NCBI GenBank assembly: GCA_016618085.1
Contig: JABLTG010000018.1
Coordinates: forward strand, 1-64,000
DNA from: Neovahlkampfia damariscottae
Taxonomy: Eukaryota
Direction of reading: 5' to 3'
DNA length: 64,000 nt
Made by a program: the position numbers and the translations under genes. Positions 12,456 to 23,865 of the stretch are shown here, in pieces (position 1 is the first letter of the stretch; each line of letters starts with the position of its first letter). The notes beneath the pieces were generated by a model. The model searched no databases. It had not been told where the DNA came from and saw only the letters and a program-made list of their open reading frames with translations.

Positions 12456-13046
12456 ATGTATAAAAGTGTTCAAAGTTCAAGTTTATCACAAGATGATGAT
12501 CCTATGAATAAATTGGACAATTTTATTGATGAATCATTGTTAGAAAAGACATGGTAAAAAAAAATACAAAAAAAAATTAAAAAAAAAGGTACTATCTTTC
12601 AAATGAACCGTAAGATTTTCTAAAAAATTAATAGAAATACTAAAGATTATATAAAGAACAAGATATTGCTTTGTCTTCAAAAAAACCTGAAGGAGTCAAA
12701 AATTATCAAAGTTATAACTTTAATTTAGTATCAGGGAATATCACACATCATAACTATGGTAAATTATAATTTTTATTAAATATATTTCATTGAAATAGAA
12801 TTAGTAGTTGGTGAGTCATATGCTGCAGATCATCAAACTAAATGGAAATTAGAAAAGAATGTAATGTATGTTCAAGTAAGAGGTTATATTTATGTTGATA
12901 CACTTATTGATGATGAAATAAAGAAAGTAACAAAAAAGAAATATGAGTCTGCTCAACATTATTTTATTTTAGAATTAAAACCTGATAGATTAATATTACA
13001 AAGAAAAGGTTTAAAAATGTATGTGGAAAATATTATTGAAAAATAA
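12456..13046 (+). CDS. Hypothetical protein with a possible lipocalin-like domain (3 introns); paralog of 5157-5817
   Basis: Removing introns 12554-12588, 12610-12645 and about 12759-12798 gives a continuous ORF. Confidence 0.6.
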
Positions 13047-13135
13047 AAAAAAAGAAATATTCTGGTTTTATTCTTATTTATGTTTCAACCAATCAACATC
13101 TCACCACTTTTAGAAAAACAAAAGTTTGTGAAAAG

Positions 13136-14553
13136 ATGAAATTAATATATACATTACTAATCAATCTAATATTTACATCCTTTTTAATTATATCTTTTAA
13201 TAATATTTCAAATTTGTTAAATAGAAATAAAGAAATCATTCAAGTTAATGAAAAAACAAAAATAAAAGAAAAAGTAATGGATATAAAAGAAATTAATATA
13301 TTTGTTTCAACATTAAAAAGAAATGAAACTAAATATTTATATTTAAAAGAACAATTTCAAAGTTTTGAAGAATATTTTAATGAGTTTAAACAAATAAAAT
13401 TAAAATATCATGCAATGGAAAGACAAAATAATGATGATATTAATCAAAAAGATGATAATTTAAATTTATTAAAGAAATCTAAATCATTTTATTATTCTAA
13501 ATTTAAACAAATGAAATTTAAAAATCAATTTAAACCAAAAAATAAAAGAGAAAAGAATATTTTAAATCAAACATTAGATTTTATATCATTATTTAATAAA
13601 ATTAAAAAAAATAACTATTGTTTAAATAATTCAAAGGGTATATTTTTATATTTAGAAGATGGTTATATCTTATTTTATCTTAATTTTTTAGATTTTATTT
13701 TATGTCCAAATTCATTTTTTCATTTTATTTCATTATTAAAATGGTCAAAAAATAATTTAAATAGATGGTCTGGAATTAGATTTTCAATTGGATTTAGTAA
13801 GACATATTTATATAAATTCAATAAATAGATGGTATATTATTTCAATGTAGAGATATTAATCATATATTAAAAATAATTAAAAATAATTGTTTAAAACAAC
13901 CAATACCAATTGATATGATTATTACAAATTGGTTTAATTCATTAAATGGTGAAACAAAGATAACATTAAATCGAACATTATTTACTTATAGATTTAATTT
14001 AATGAAACATATTGGTGTTGAATCTATTATTGGTAATTCACATTTAATTAAAAAAAGATTTCCAAAATGTTTTAAAATACTTTATATGATGTTATTTCCT
14101 GCTTCAGATTATTTTGATATTTGGAATTGTTCAAATAAAATATTATCACCTTGTAATTCATTAAATAATCAATTTGATAAATTTAAATTAATTAATTTTC
14201 CAAAAGTACAAATACCTTTAAAACAAGATGAAAAGTTAAATTTAATGAAAAAATTTAAAATTCAACCAAAAGTTTCAATGAATAATAATGAAAATTGTGT
14301 TGATACTTGTAAAAGATTTAATTTAAAATGTTCATCTCATTCATTTCCATTTGTTAATGATTGTAATTTAATGAGATTTTATTTTAAAAAGAATTGTCAA
14401 TGTCAATCAAGTGCATTTGGTGAAGTAAATTCTGATCCTTCAATATCTTTAGATTATTATTGTTCATTACAACAAAACCCAATTTATTCTTGTAATTCAA
14501 CTATTAAAACACATTATCCTTCAAAGAGATTATGTCCTTGTAAAAGTGATTAA
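13136..14553 (+). CDS. Type II membrane glycosyltransferase, GT54/MGAT4-like, with a C-terminal MGAT5-like Cys-rich domain
   Basis: N-terminal TM; QTLDF, YLEDD (across an intron), [15 protein letters not shown]-terminal C...C....C...YSC...RLCPC. Confidence 0.65.
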
Positions 14554-14609
14554 AAACCGTTATTTTTATTTATCCAATCAAATTACAAAATTGTTTTAAT
14601 TGGCGCGTA

Positions 14610-15463
14610 ATGGTAAAAAGAAAGTTTGAAGAAGAAGAAGAAGAAGAAGAAATTGAACTTGACCTTTATGGTGATTTAGAAATTGAATCCAGTGCAACAC
14701 AAGAAGAAATAAAAAAGAGTTATTATAAATTAGCTATGAAGTATCATCCTGATAGAAACCAAAATGATAAAGAAGCAACAAATAAATTTCAATCCATTGG
14801 AAAAGCATATGAAATATTATCAGATGAAAAGAAGAGAGTAATATTTTAAATTTTAATAACTTTTAGAAACGTTATGATAAAACAGGTAGAATTGATGATG
14901 ATTATTTCAACAAAGATGGTGTAGATTGGGAAGAATACTTTTCAGCATTATATAATAGAGTTACAATTGAAGATATTGAAGGCGTTGAAAAAGTATATAA
15001 AAATTCTGAAGAAGAAATAGAAGACTTAAAAGAAGCATATGTAAATTTTGATGGAGATATGGAAAAAATAATGGAAAATATAATACTTTCAAATGAAGAT
15101 GATTTTGATAGATTTGAAAAAATATTAAAAGACTTAATTAAAAAAAAAGAAATACCAAAATTAAAAGGGTTTTCAAAAAAGATATCAAAAGAAAAAAGAT
15201 TAAAAAAACAAAAAGAAGAAGAGATTGAATCAGAAATATCATTAAAAGAATTACATGAAAAATTAAATGAAAGAAAAATAATTAGAAGAAGTAAATTTGA
15301 AAGTCTTGCAAATGAAATTGCATCAAAATATGATGAAAATAATGATTATAATGAACCAACTGAAGAAGAATTTCAAAAAGCAAGAATAAGATTAGAATCT
15401 CCAAACTCTAAAAGAGTAAGTGGAAATAGTGGAACACCTTTAAAAAAGAAAAGAAAAAAATAA
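14610..15463 (+). CDS. DNAJC9: J-domain protein, DNAJC9-like (1 intron)
   Basis: HPD J domain followed by the Y..S.EE..DL..AY..F.GDM pattern. Confidence 0.8.
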
Positions 15464-15473
15464 AAATATATAT

Positions 15474-16123
15474 TTATAATCTTTCTTTTCTTTGTTTATC
15501 TAATGTATCTGCTAATTCAGATATAAATGGATGTTTAAACTTTCCTCTTGTATAATCAAAAAAGGAATCAAGTTTCATATTTTCTTGTGTTGTTTCATAT
15601 TCATCTGCTTGTAAAATCATATCAAATTTATCAATATCTTTAACAATAATAGCTTCATTTGTTTTATTTTCTTCATATTCCATCCATAAATCAAATATTT
15701 CTTTTGATACTTCTTCACATACTCCACTATCTTTTAAATATTTTGTTATTTTTTTTAATGCATCTTCTTCCATTTTAAATTTATCTTCTTCTGATACACC
15801 ATCATATGGTGTTATATCACCTACAATTGCTTCACCAATATCATGTACAAGTGACATTTTAATACATCTAAAAAATATTATTATTTTTTTTTATTTTTTT
15901 TTTTTACTTTTGTTTATCTATTTTTTCATCTGTAATTAACATACTTATCATTGCCATTCTATACATATGTGATGCTATGTATCACTTGTTTAATTAATAT
16001 ATTATTACCAACTGTTTCAGGTTTATCAACTTTATAATTAACCCATCCTGTTCTTGGTAAATGTTTTAATTTACCTAAGAGTTTTAAAAATGAAATGATT
16101 GAGTTAGTTGAGTTGGTTGACAT
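15474..16123 (-). CDS. HDDC2: HD-domain 5'-deoxynucleotidase, HDDC2-like (2 introns)
   Basis: LKHLPRTGW, ASHMYRMA, LVHDIGEAIVGDITP, DIDKFDM. Confidence 0.9.
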
Positions 16124-16171
16124 TATAAAATGAATAAACCTTTTAATTGGTCAATTAAAAAATTGAATAAA

Positions 16172-16969
16172 ATGGTGTTTTATACAAAAATACCATTCTT
16201 TAGAAGATTATCTTTATTAAGTATATCTTATAAATTTAAATGGAATGAATTATTTTCAAGAATGTTCAATAAAATAGATGAAGGTTCAAAGATAATTAAA
16301 CCTATTTATATTTTTGATAAAAATAAAAAAGTAGAAGATTGGACATTTGTTAATGATAAAATATTTGGTGGTTCATCAAGTTCAAAATTAATGAAATTAG
16401 ATGATTCTTGTAATTGATTATTTTATTCTTATAATTGTTTAGTTTTATTTTCAGGAAATTTAAAGAAATTATCAAATAATAAAAATGTAGTTTTACCTTC
16501 ATTTTCAAGGTAATATTAAATAAATTTATTAAATATTATATTCAGAATTTGGTTAATTGTATGAATATTTATTATTTAACATACTTTTAGTTTCAAATGT
16601 TTCATCCTGACTTTTCAGAATATGATGGTATTGAAATTGAATGTAAATCAAATGATAAAGAAGAAAGAGAATATCAATTTCAATTTATTAGACAAAGTTT
16701 TATGGATAATATATTTTATTTTTCAAATTTTAAACCTGAAAAAGAATATAAAACATTTAAATTACCATTCAAACAATTTAAAATGAATAGAGATGGTAAA
16801 AATATAGGTATTTTATTCAATCATTTCTTAAAATATTATGATAGGTATTTTTGACCCTGAAATATTTTTGGATGAATTAAAAGTTACAACGATAGGTTGT
16901 GGTGTTGAATCATTTATATTGAATGAATTTTCTTTAGAAATTAAATCTATAAAAATTTATAGAAATTGA
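16172..16969 (+). CDS. Complex I intermediate-associated protein 30 (CIA30/NDUFAF1) family, multi-intron
   Basis: W.FVND..FGG.S motif and LPF..F; spliced model includes a 13-nt exon at 16546-16558. Confidence 0.65.
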
Positions 16970-17072
16970 AAAAAAAAAAAATAATAAAATTTAATTGGTG
17001 GACAAATCAGATATTGATTGGCCAAATTTTGACTTGTCGTTACGTAACGATTGAAATAAGACATTGAATAAA

Positions 17073-18177
17073 ATGGGAAACGATAAAAAAAAAGGTGGAA
17101 AAAAAGGAAAAACAAAAGAAAAGAGAGCATTATCAGTACTATTATTAGGTGCTGGTGAATCTGGAAAATCAACAATTTTCAAACAAATGAAAATTATTCA
17201 TCATAACGGATATACAAACGAAGAGAGACTTGAATTTAAGCCTATAATTCAAACGAATATTGTTCGTAATATGAAAGCACTTGTAACTGCTTCTTTGAAC
17301 CTTGGAATTCCAATAGAAATACCAGAAAATAGAGAAAGAGCTCATGGTGTAAATTCGATAAAAAATCAAGAATTAGTAAATATAGAAGGAATATGGAAAA
17401 AAGAGTTAGCTATGGATATTTATGAATTATGGAAAGACGAAGGAGTTTTAAAAACTTATGAAGAAAGACACAATTTTCAATTAGATGATTCTAGTCAATA
17501 GTAAGAATAAGATATTAACATATATCATTTTAGTTATTTTGATGAAATTGAAAGAATTATGCAAGATGATTATATTCCTACAACACAAGATATTTTACGT
17601 TCAAGAGTTAGAACAGGTGGTTCTGTTTGTGAAACATCATTCAATTTATTAGATAATGAAATTAGAATGATTGATGTTGGAGGTCAAAGATGTGAACGTA
17701 AAAAATGGATTCATTGTAAAATATATTCTTTTTTTTTTTTAATTCTTATTATTAATAGGTTTTGAAGGAGTTCAATGTATAATTTTTGTCACTTCTTTAA
17801 GTGAATATAATCAAAAATGTTATGAAGATGATGAAACAAATAGAATGAAAGAATCATTATTAGTTTTTGATGAAATTGTTAATTCAAGATGGTTTGTTGA
17901 AACACCAATCATTTTATTTTTAAACAAAGAAGATTTATTCAAAGAAAAAATACAAAATCATGATTTAAAAGTTTGTTTTCCACAATATAATGGTGGTAAT
18001 GATCCAAAAGCAGCAATAAAATATATTGCAAATAAATTTATGGAAAAGAATAAAAATCCAGATTTGAAGAAAATTTATCCTCACATTATTTGTGCAACTG
18101 ATACATCAAAATTAAAAGATGTTTTTGGTGAAAAAGATATTCAGGAAGTTTTATTAAGAGACGATAAAATGGTTTAA
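17073..18177 (+). CDS. Heterotrimeric G protein alpha subunit (2 introns)
   Basis: [40 protein letters not shown]; starts MG. Confidence 0.95.
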
Positions 18178-18341
18178 AATATTCCATTTTCTGTAATTTG
18201 TTAATTTAAAAAAAAAATAAAAAAGTTATATATTTCAAATATTCTCTCTTTCTTTTTAACCAACAATACTTGTCTGATTTTAACCAATAGTCATCTTTTT
18301 TGTACAATCACACAACCGTACTCAACAAAAAGGTTAACAAG

Positions 18342-18680
18342 ATGCAAAAAAATAATTATACACATTATAGAAATTCAAATATTGGAATATCATTAGAAGA
18401 CAGTATAACTGAATTAGTTGAAGGAGGAAAGATATCTTCAAATTTATCAAAAAATATTTTAGAACAATTTGATAGATCAGTTAGTGATGGTCTATTAAAT
18501 AGTAAAAATAAAATGAGTTTCAAAGGACATTGTCATACTTATAGATATGCAGAAAATGTTTATGTTTTTCTTTTACAAGATGTACAATTTAAAACTGATA
18601 AAAATCAAACTATTGATTTAGATTCTGTAAAAATAGTAGCATGTGATGGTACAAAAACTGAAAAGAAAAAGAAAAAATAA
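18342..18680 (+). CDS. TOA2: TFIIA small (gamma) subunit, copy 1
   Basis: YR.S.IG.SL, FD, FKGHCHTYR and VKIVACDG motifs. Confidence 0.88.
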   Translation: MQKNNYTHYRNSNIGISLEDSITELVEGGKISSNLSKNILEQFDRSVSDGLLNSKNKMSFKGHCHTYRYAENVYVFLLQDVQFKTDKNQTIDLDSVKIVACDGTKTEKKKKK

Positions 18681-18746
18681 AATTATTTTAATTTTCAAAC
18701 CATTATTGAATAATCCAATCAACAATCAGTAAAATCAAAAAAGAAA

Positions 18747-19076
18747 ATGAGTGGAAAACATCCTCTGTATAGAAAATCAACACTTGGATGTACATTAGAA
18801 GATAGTCTTTTAGATTTAATAGAAGAAAAAAAAATAAGTGAAAACTTGAGTAAAACTATTCTGGAAGAGTTTGATAAATGTGTACCTGAACGTTTATCAA
18901 GTGTAAAAAATAAAATGACTTTTAAAGGACATTGTCATACATATAGAAGTGTTGATAATGTTTTTATGTTCTTATTAGAAAAACCAACATTTATAATTGA
19001 TAAACAAAATGAAATTGAATTGGATTTTGTAAAGATTGTCGCTTTTGATGGAAAACAAGGTCAAAAAAAAAAATGA
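18747..19076 (+). CDS. TOA2: TFIIA small (gamma) subunit, copy 2
   Basis: LYRKSTLG.TL, FKGHCHTYR, VKIVAFDG. Confidence 0.88.
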   Translation: MSGKHPLYRKSTLGCTLEDSLLDLIEEKKISENLSKTILEEFDKCVPERLSSVKNKMTFKGHCHTYRSVDNVFMFLLEKPTFIIDKQNEIELDFVKIVAFDGKQGQKKK

Positions 19077-19093
19077 ATAAAAGTGTTTATTTT

Positions 19094-19697
19094 TTATCCT
19101 AATGTTGGACATGTTGGACCATTATTTAAATTTGCAACAACAAGAGCAACAATTAAACCATAAAGTGCAAGAGCTTCAGCAAAAATGAGAATCAAAATTA
19201 AAACGACGTAGACTTTATCTTGTTTACCATAAGCTCTAACTCCTGCATCACCCACAATTCCAATAGACATACCTGCGGCCAAAGCTGATAAACCAGCTGA
19301 TAAACCTGCAGCTAAATGACTGAAACCTTTATATGATGAATATCCAGTTTTAACATTGACTATAATTTAATTTTTTTTTTATTTTTACTAGTTCCTCCAA
19401 TAATGACGGATACAATTAAACCGTAAATACCTAAAACACCCGCCATAATACAAGCAATTGTACCTTTCATGAGATTACCTGGTTTGATAATACCTAAATG
19501 TGCTACACCAACACCAGCTTTTGCAGTACCATAAGCAGAACCTAAGTCTAAAAAAGAAAATATAATTAATTTTTTTTTTTTTTCCTACTTGCGAAAATAA
19601 TTGAAGCAGCAGCTCCCATCATACCGAAAAATGCAGCTGATGGTGGGCAATATGGATGAACAGGATCATATGTGACGAGAAGTGGAGCAAATGACAT
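19094..19697 (-). CDS. ATP6V0C: V-type ATPase proteolipid subunit c (2 introns)
   Basis: [48 protein letters not shown]. Confidence 0.95.
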
Positions 19698-19820
19698 TAT
19701 TTATGTGTTATTTGTTTTAAAAACTGTGAGTGAAAATTATTGGACAATGAACTGGAATTTAAGCCAATCAGAAGAAAAAATCAATTATGAAAAAATAATT
19801 TTTCTTTGATTTTTTTGGCT

Positions 19821-19885
19821 AATCCAATGAGGAGTAATCCTTGTGATAATATCCGATCAAACTCCGGACCTTCCGAGGAATTATT
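19821..19885 (+). ncRNA. Candidate small structured RNA of unknown class
   Basis: GC-richer intergenic island with an ATGAGGA-GTAA-TCCTTGT GNRA hairpin and an alternative K-turn-like TCC-AAT-GAGG...CCGA-GGA pairing; no family recognised. Confidence 0.25.
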
Positions 19886-19939
19886 TGCATAAGATTTTCA
19901 CATTCCCTTTTCAATAACAAAAATGAAATTTAATTTTAT

Positions 19940-22900
19940 TCAAATTTTTCTCTTTCTCTTTTTTGTCAATGATTTCTTTGGTTCTTCAATTATTTCTTCT
20001 TCTTCTGACATTTGATCTTCATCTGATTGAATTGATTCTTCTTCTTCTTCATAATTCGACACTTTCTTTGCACCTCTTTTTAATTTTGTTCTTGATTCAA
20101 CATTTTCTATTTTTTTTTTTGGTGATTTTTTTGGTGTTTTTGATTTTGGAGACTTTGCAGGTGTTTTTGATTTTGGGGATTTTAATTTTGATACATTTCC
20201 TTTTTTAGTTGGTGTTGAATGTTTCTTTTCTGGAGTTGAATTTGTTAATTTTCTTGCATTCTTTTCTGAAATTTTAATTGAAGGAGATAAAAATAGTTGA
20301 GTAACTTTAAATCCTTCTGCTAATTTATAATATGGTGGAATATAAATTTTACCAGGATAAACTTGAGATGAATGTGATTTACCTTCTGTTGATCTATTTA
20401 AAATAGATAATGTAAGATCACATAATTCTTGAATTCTAAATGAATCATCATTATCATTTTTTAAATCAATATCTTTTCTTTGTTTCAATTTTGATATTAA
20501 TTGTTGAAAGAATGATAAATTATCAACATTTTGTGTAACTAAATCAAAATAGGTGAATAATATTCTAATAATAAATGTTAAATATTTAAATATTTTTACT
20601 TTTGAAAATGATTAAAATTCTCTTTTTCAATATTATAATTTGGATAATGTGATAAAATATAAATTAAAGAAGGTAAAATATATTCTGGACAATATTTAAA
20701 TGAATCATCTGAACTTAAATGAATCTTTTTAAAATCATTATGTTGTTTTAAATTTTGTAATATAATTTGAATATAATTCTTAATTTTTGAATCACCATCT
20801 GAAATACCTAATAATAAAATTGAAATATATTTTAAAGGTAATTTCATTTTTTTTAATTTTTCAAATAATTTTTCTAAAAATAATTTACCAATAATTTCAT
20901 TTAAAGAAATGAATGATAAATCTAAAAATTCTTTTCTTCCAAGTAATGTTTTATGATATTCTGATATAGTTGATATTTCAAGTAATCCATTAGATACTTT
21001 TAATAATAATCTTAAATCTTCAATATTATTTGAATCTTTTAATTCATTTAATAATTCAAATAAGAATTCAATTAAATCTTTTTTAGTTTCTTCTGATGAA
21101 TAACTAATTCCTTCTTTTTCTAAACATATTAAATATCCAATTAAAACTTTAATTCCTTGACATTTAACTTTACATTCATATGAAACATTTTCTAAAGATG
21201 ATGATGTAGTCTTTTTCAAATCTTCATTTTTTATTAAATCATCTTTTATAAAATTTGATAATATAATTGCTTTTGATTTAAAAATAGAAGGAGATAATAA
21301 TGATATTTCACGTAATGCTACTAAACTAAATAATAAATCATCATTAAATTCTAAATCTAAAATTAAATCATTATATATTTTTGATATAAATTTATCAAAT
21401 TCTTTTAATAATTTAAAACAACATCTAATTGAATATTTAATAAACTTTTCATTTTTTGATTCTATTAATTTTTTTAATCTTTTAATTAAATTTGAATTTG
21501 ATGTTTCATTTCCCATTCCAATATTCTTTAATACTTTTAATATAGTTAATATTAATGATTCATTTTTCTCTTCTTCTTCTTTTTTTAATAATATAGATAT
21601 TAATTTCTTATATGAATTAACAAATATATTTGAATTTAAAATTTCAGATAAACATGATAATAATTCTAATTCATTTTCATCTTTTATAATTAAATCAAAT
21701 AATTCATCCATTTGATCAATAGTAAATAATGGTTCTAATTTTAAAAATATTAATTTTAAATCATCATCTTTGCTTTGATTTATTATTTTTTTTATTTTTT
21801 TTAAATTTTTAAAATTTAATTCATCTTTGAATAAACCATCTTTTATCTTTTTTAAATTTTCTTTTGAAAGAGAATTCCAAATCTTTATATCATTTAAAGG
21901 TAATACATTTTCAATTGATTTTTCATTTTCAAAATATAATTTAATACTTTCAAAATATCTTTCTTTTGATTTTAAAAAATTAATAAATATCATTCTTCCA
22001 TTTTCTTTTAAAAGTGAATAAAAATTTAAAAATGATTTCATTCTATTTTTTGAATCTTCTTCTTCTTCTTCTTTTTCAATGTTTAATAATTCTTCAATTA
22101 AAATAGAATTAATTTGATCTAAATTTGTTGAATTAATTATTACTTTTTCTGGAATCCATTCATATCTTTTTTGATTTGAACCAATTAAATTTGAATATGT
22201 TTTATATAATTTAATTAATAATTTAGTTGTATGAATTCTTAATTGATCTTTTTTATCTCTTGTTCTTTCTCCAACTTGTTTTAATAAATCAATTGAAATT
22301 AATGAATTTGAATATATTTCAATTTCAATAACACTTTCAACAACATTTCTTCTTACTTTTTCATCTTGATCCATAATTCTATCTAAAAGATATTTATTAA
22401 TTTTATCTAAATCTAAATTTTGATTGGAATGATTCTTTAAAATATCTATCATTGATTTAACCATATGAATTCTAATATTGGAATCAACATCATTAAATCT
22501 TCCAAGAAATTCATTAAATATTTCATTATAATCTTGAATTAATGTTGATTCTTTGGATGAAAACATTTTTGATAATAATAAGATAATTGCACTTCGAATT
22601 TGTACATCTTCATCTTTTAATTGTGATGCAATGGTTGGCATAATATATAATAATAATTTAGATGATATATCATTTAATTGAATTAAAATTTTGAAAATAT
22701 GACCTCTTTTAACTTTGAATTTTGGTTTAGTTTTATCCAAATTATTTAATTCTTGAACAATATATTCAGTTAAATTGGTGACAATATAATCAACTGATCT
22801 TGAAAGTAATACTTTTGATAAATGATAAGATGATTCAGTTTCTTCTTCTTTTGAAATTAATGGTTCTAAAATAGTTTCTAATAAGGTAGTTGAAATAGTT

Positions 22901-23686
22901 TCGCATGATTCAATCAAAGAAACCATAATATCAATCATATAAACTGATACTTTTTGTTCATGTTTTGAACTATATTGTTGTAAAAAAAAGATTGAAGTTT
23001 ACTTAATAATTTCAAAAAATGTTGAAAAACTTTTTTCAATTAAAGAGGATCCATAAGTGTCAGTGTCTGATAAAAGAACAAATATTCTAATAGAAGCTAT
23101 TTTTTCTAAGAGTTTGAAATAAGTTGAAAATAATGGACTTTCAATATCTTCTAACCCTTTCAATTGTGATACAAATAAATTGAAGATTTTTTTAACTTCA
23201 TCAACATCAAATGGATGTTCTGGTACTGTAATCCTGAAGAATTCACATAAAATACATCCAGTTAAGAGTTTCACCTCTTTATCTTTGTGGTTGATGTATT
23301 TTTTACCAATGAAAAGCTTTGGAAATCTTTTATGCCATAACTTTGGATTGTATTCATCTTGACTTATTTTTGAAAGAGCTGCATATACTTTCTGAAAAAT
23401 TAATAAGAAACGATTTCCGTACTTTCAATTTTCTGATTAAAGGAATGGTTGATGTTTCTTCAAGATATTCTTCATTCAAGATGGTTTTAAAATCTTCTTC
23501 AACAGTATCATTTGATTGACTTTCAACAAGAGAGTTCAAAGACGACGACAAATTTTCCAAAGAATTTTCGACTGTTCCTTTTGTTTTCTTTGCTTTAGAG
23601 GTCGGTTTATCTTCAATCTCGTCAATTTTTCTTTTTTGCTTTGTTGGTTTTTTTGGTGACTTTGTTTTTTCTTTCTTTTTTGGCAT
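19940..23686 (-). CDS. PDS5: Cohesin-associated HEAT repeat protein PDS5 (3 introns)
   Basis: HKDKEVKLLTGC...FRI.VPE.PF, FLGRFND, ERTRDKK, WIP and PEYILP.LI..L.H; basic SPK-rich tail. Confidence 0.88.
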
Positions 23687-23865
23687 CTTCGTTTTTCCCA
23701 CCAAAAAGTTTCTGGTTGTTTGATTGGTCAAAGAGAATCAACTTTTTTATTGAAAATTTTTCCTTCAAAAAAATTACCTTGATTTTGATCTTTTGGAATG
23801 TAAACTTATTAAATTCCTTCGACCAATCAAAAAAATAGTTTAATTTTTGAACACGGCTTCGAAGG

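Noticed and set aside
19821..19890. U4 snRNA (CCAATGAGG...CCGAGG resembles its K-turn)
   Set aside because: No U6-pairing stem I/II sequences, wrong spacing and no downstream Sm-site structure
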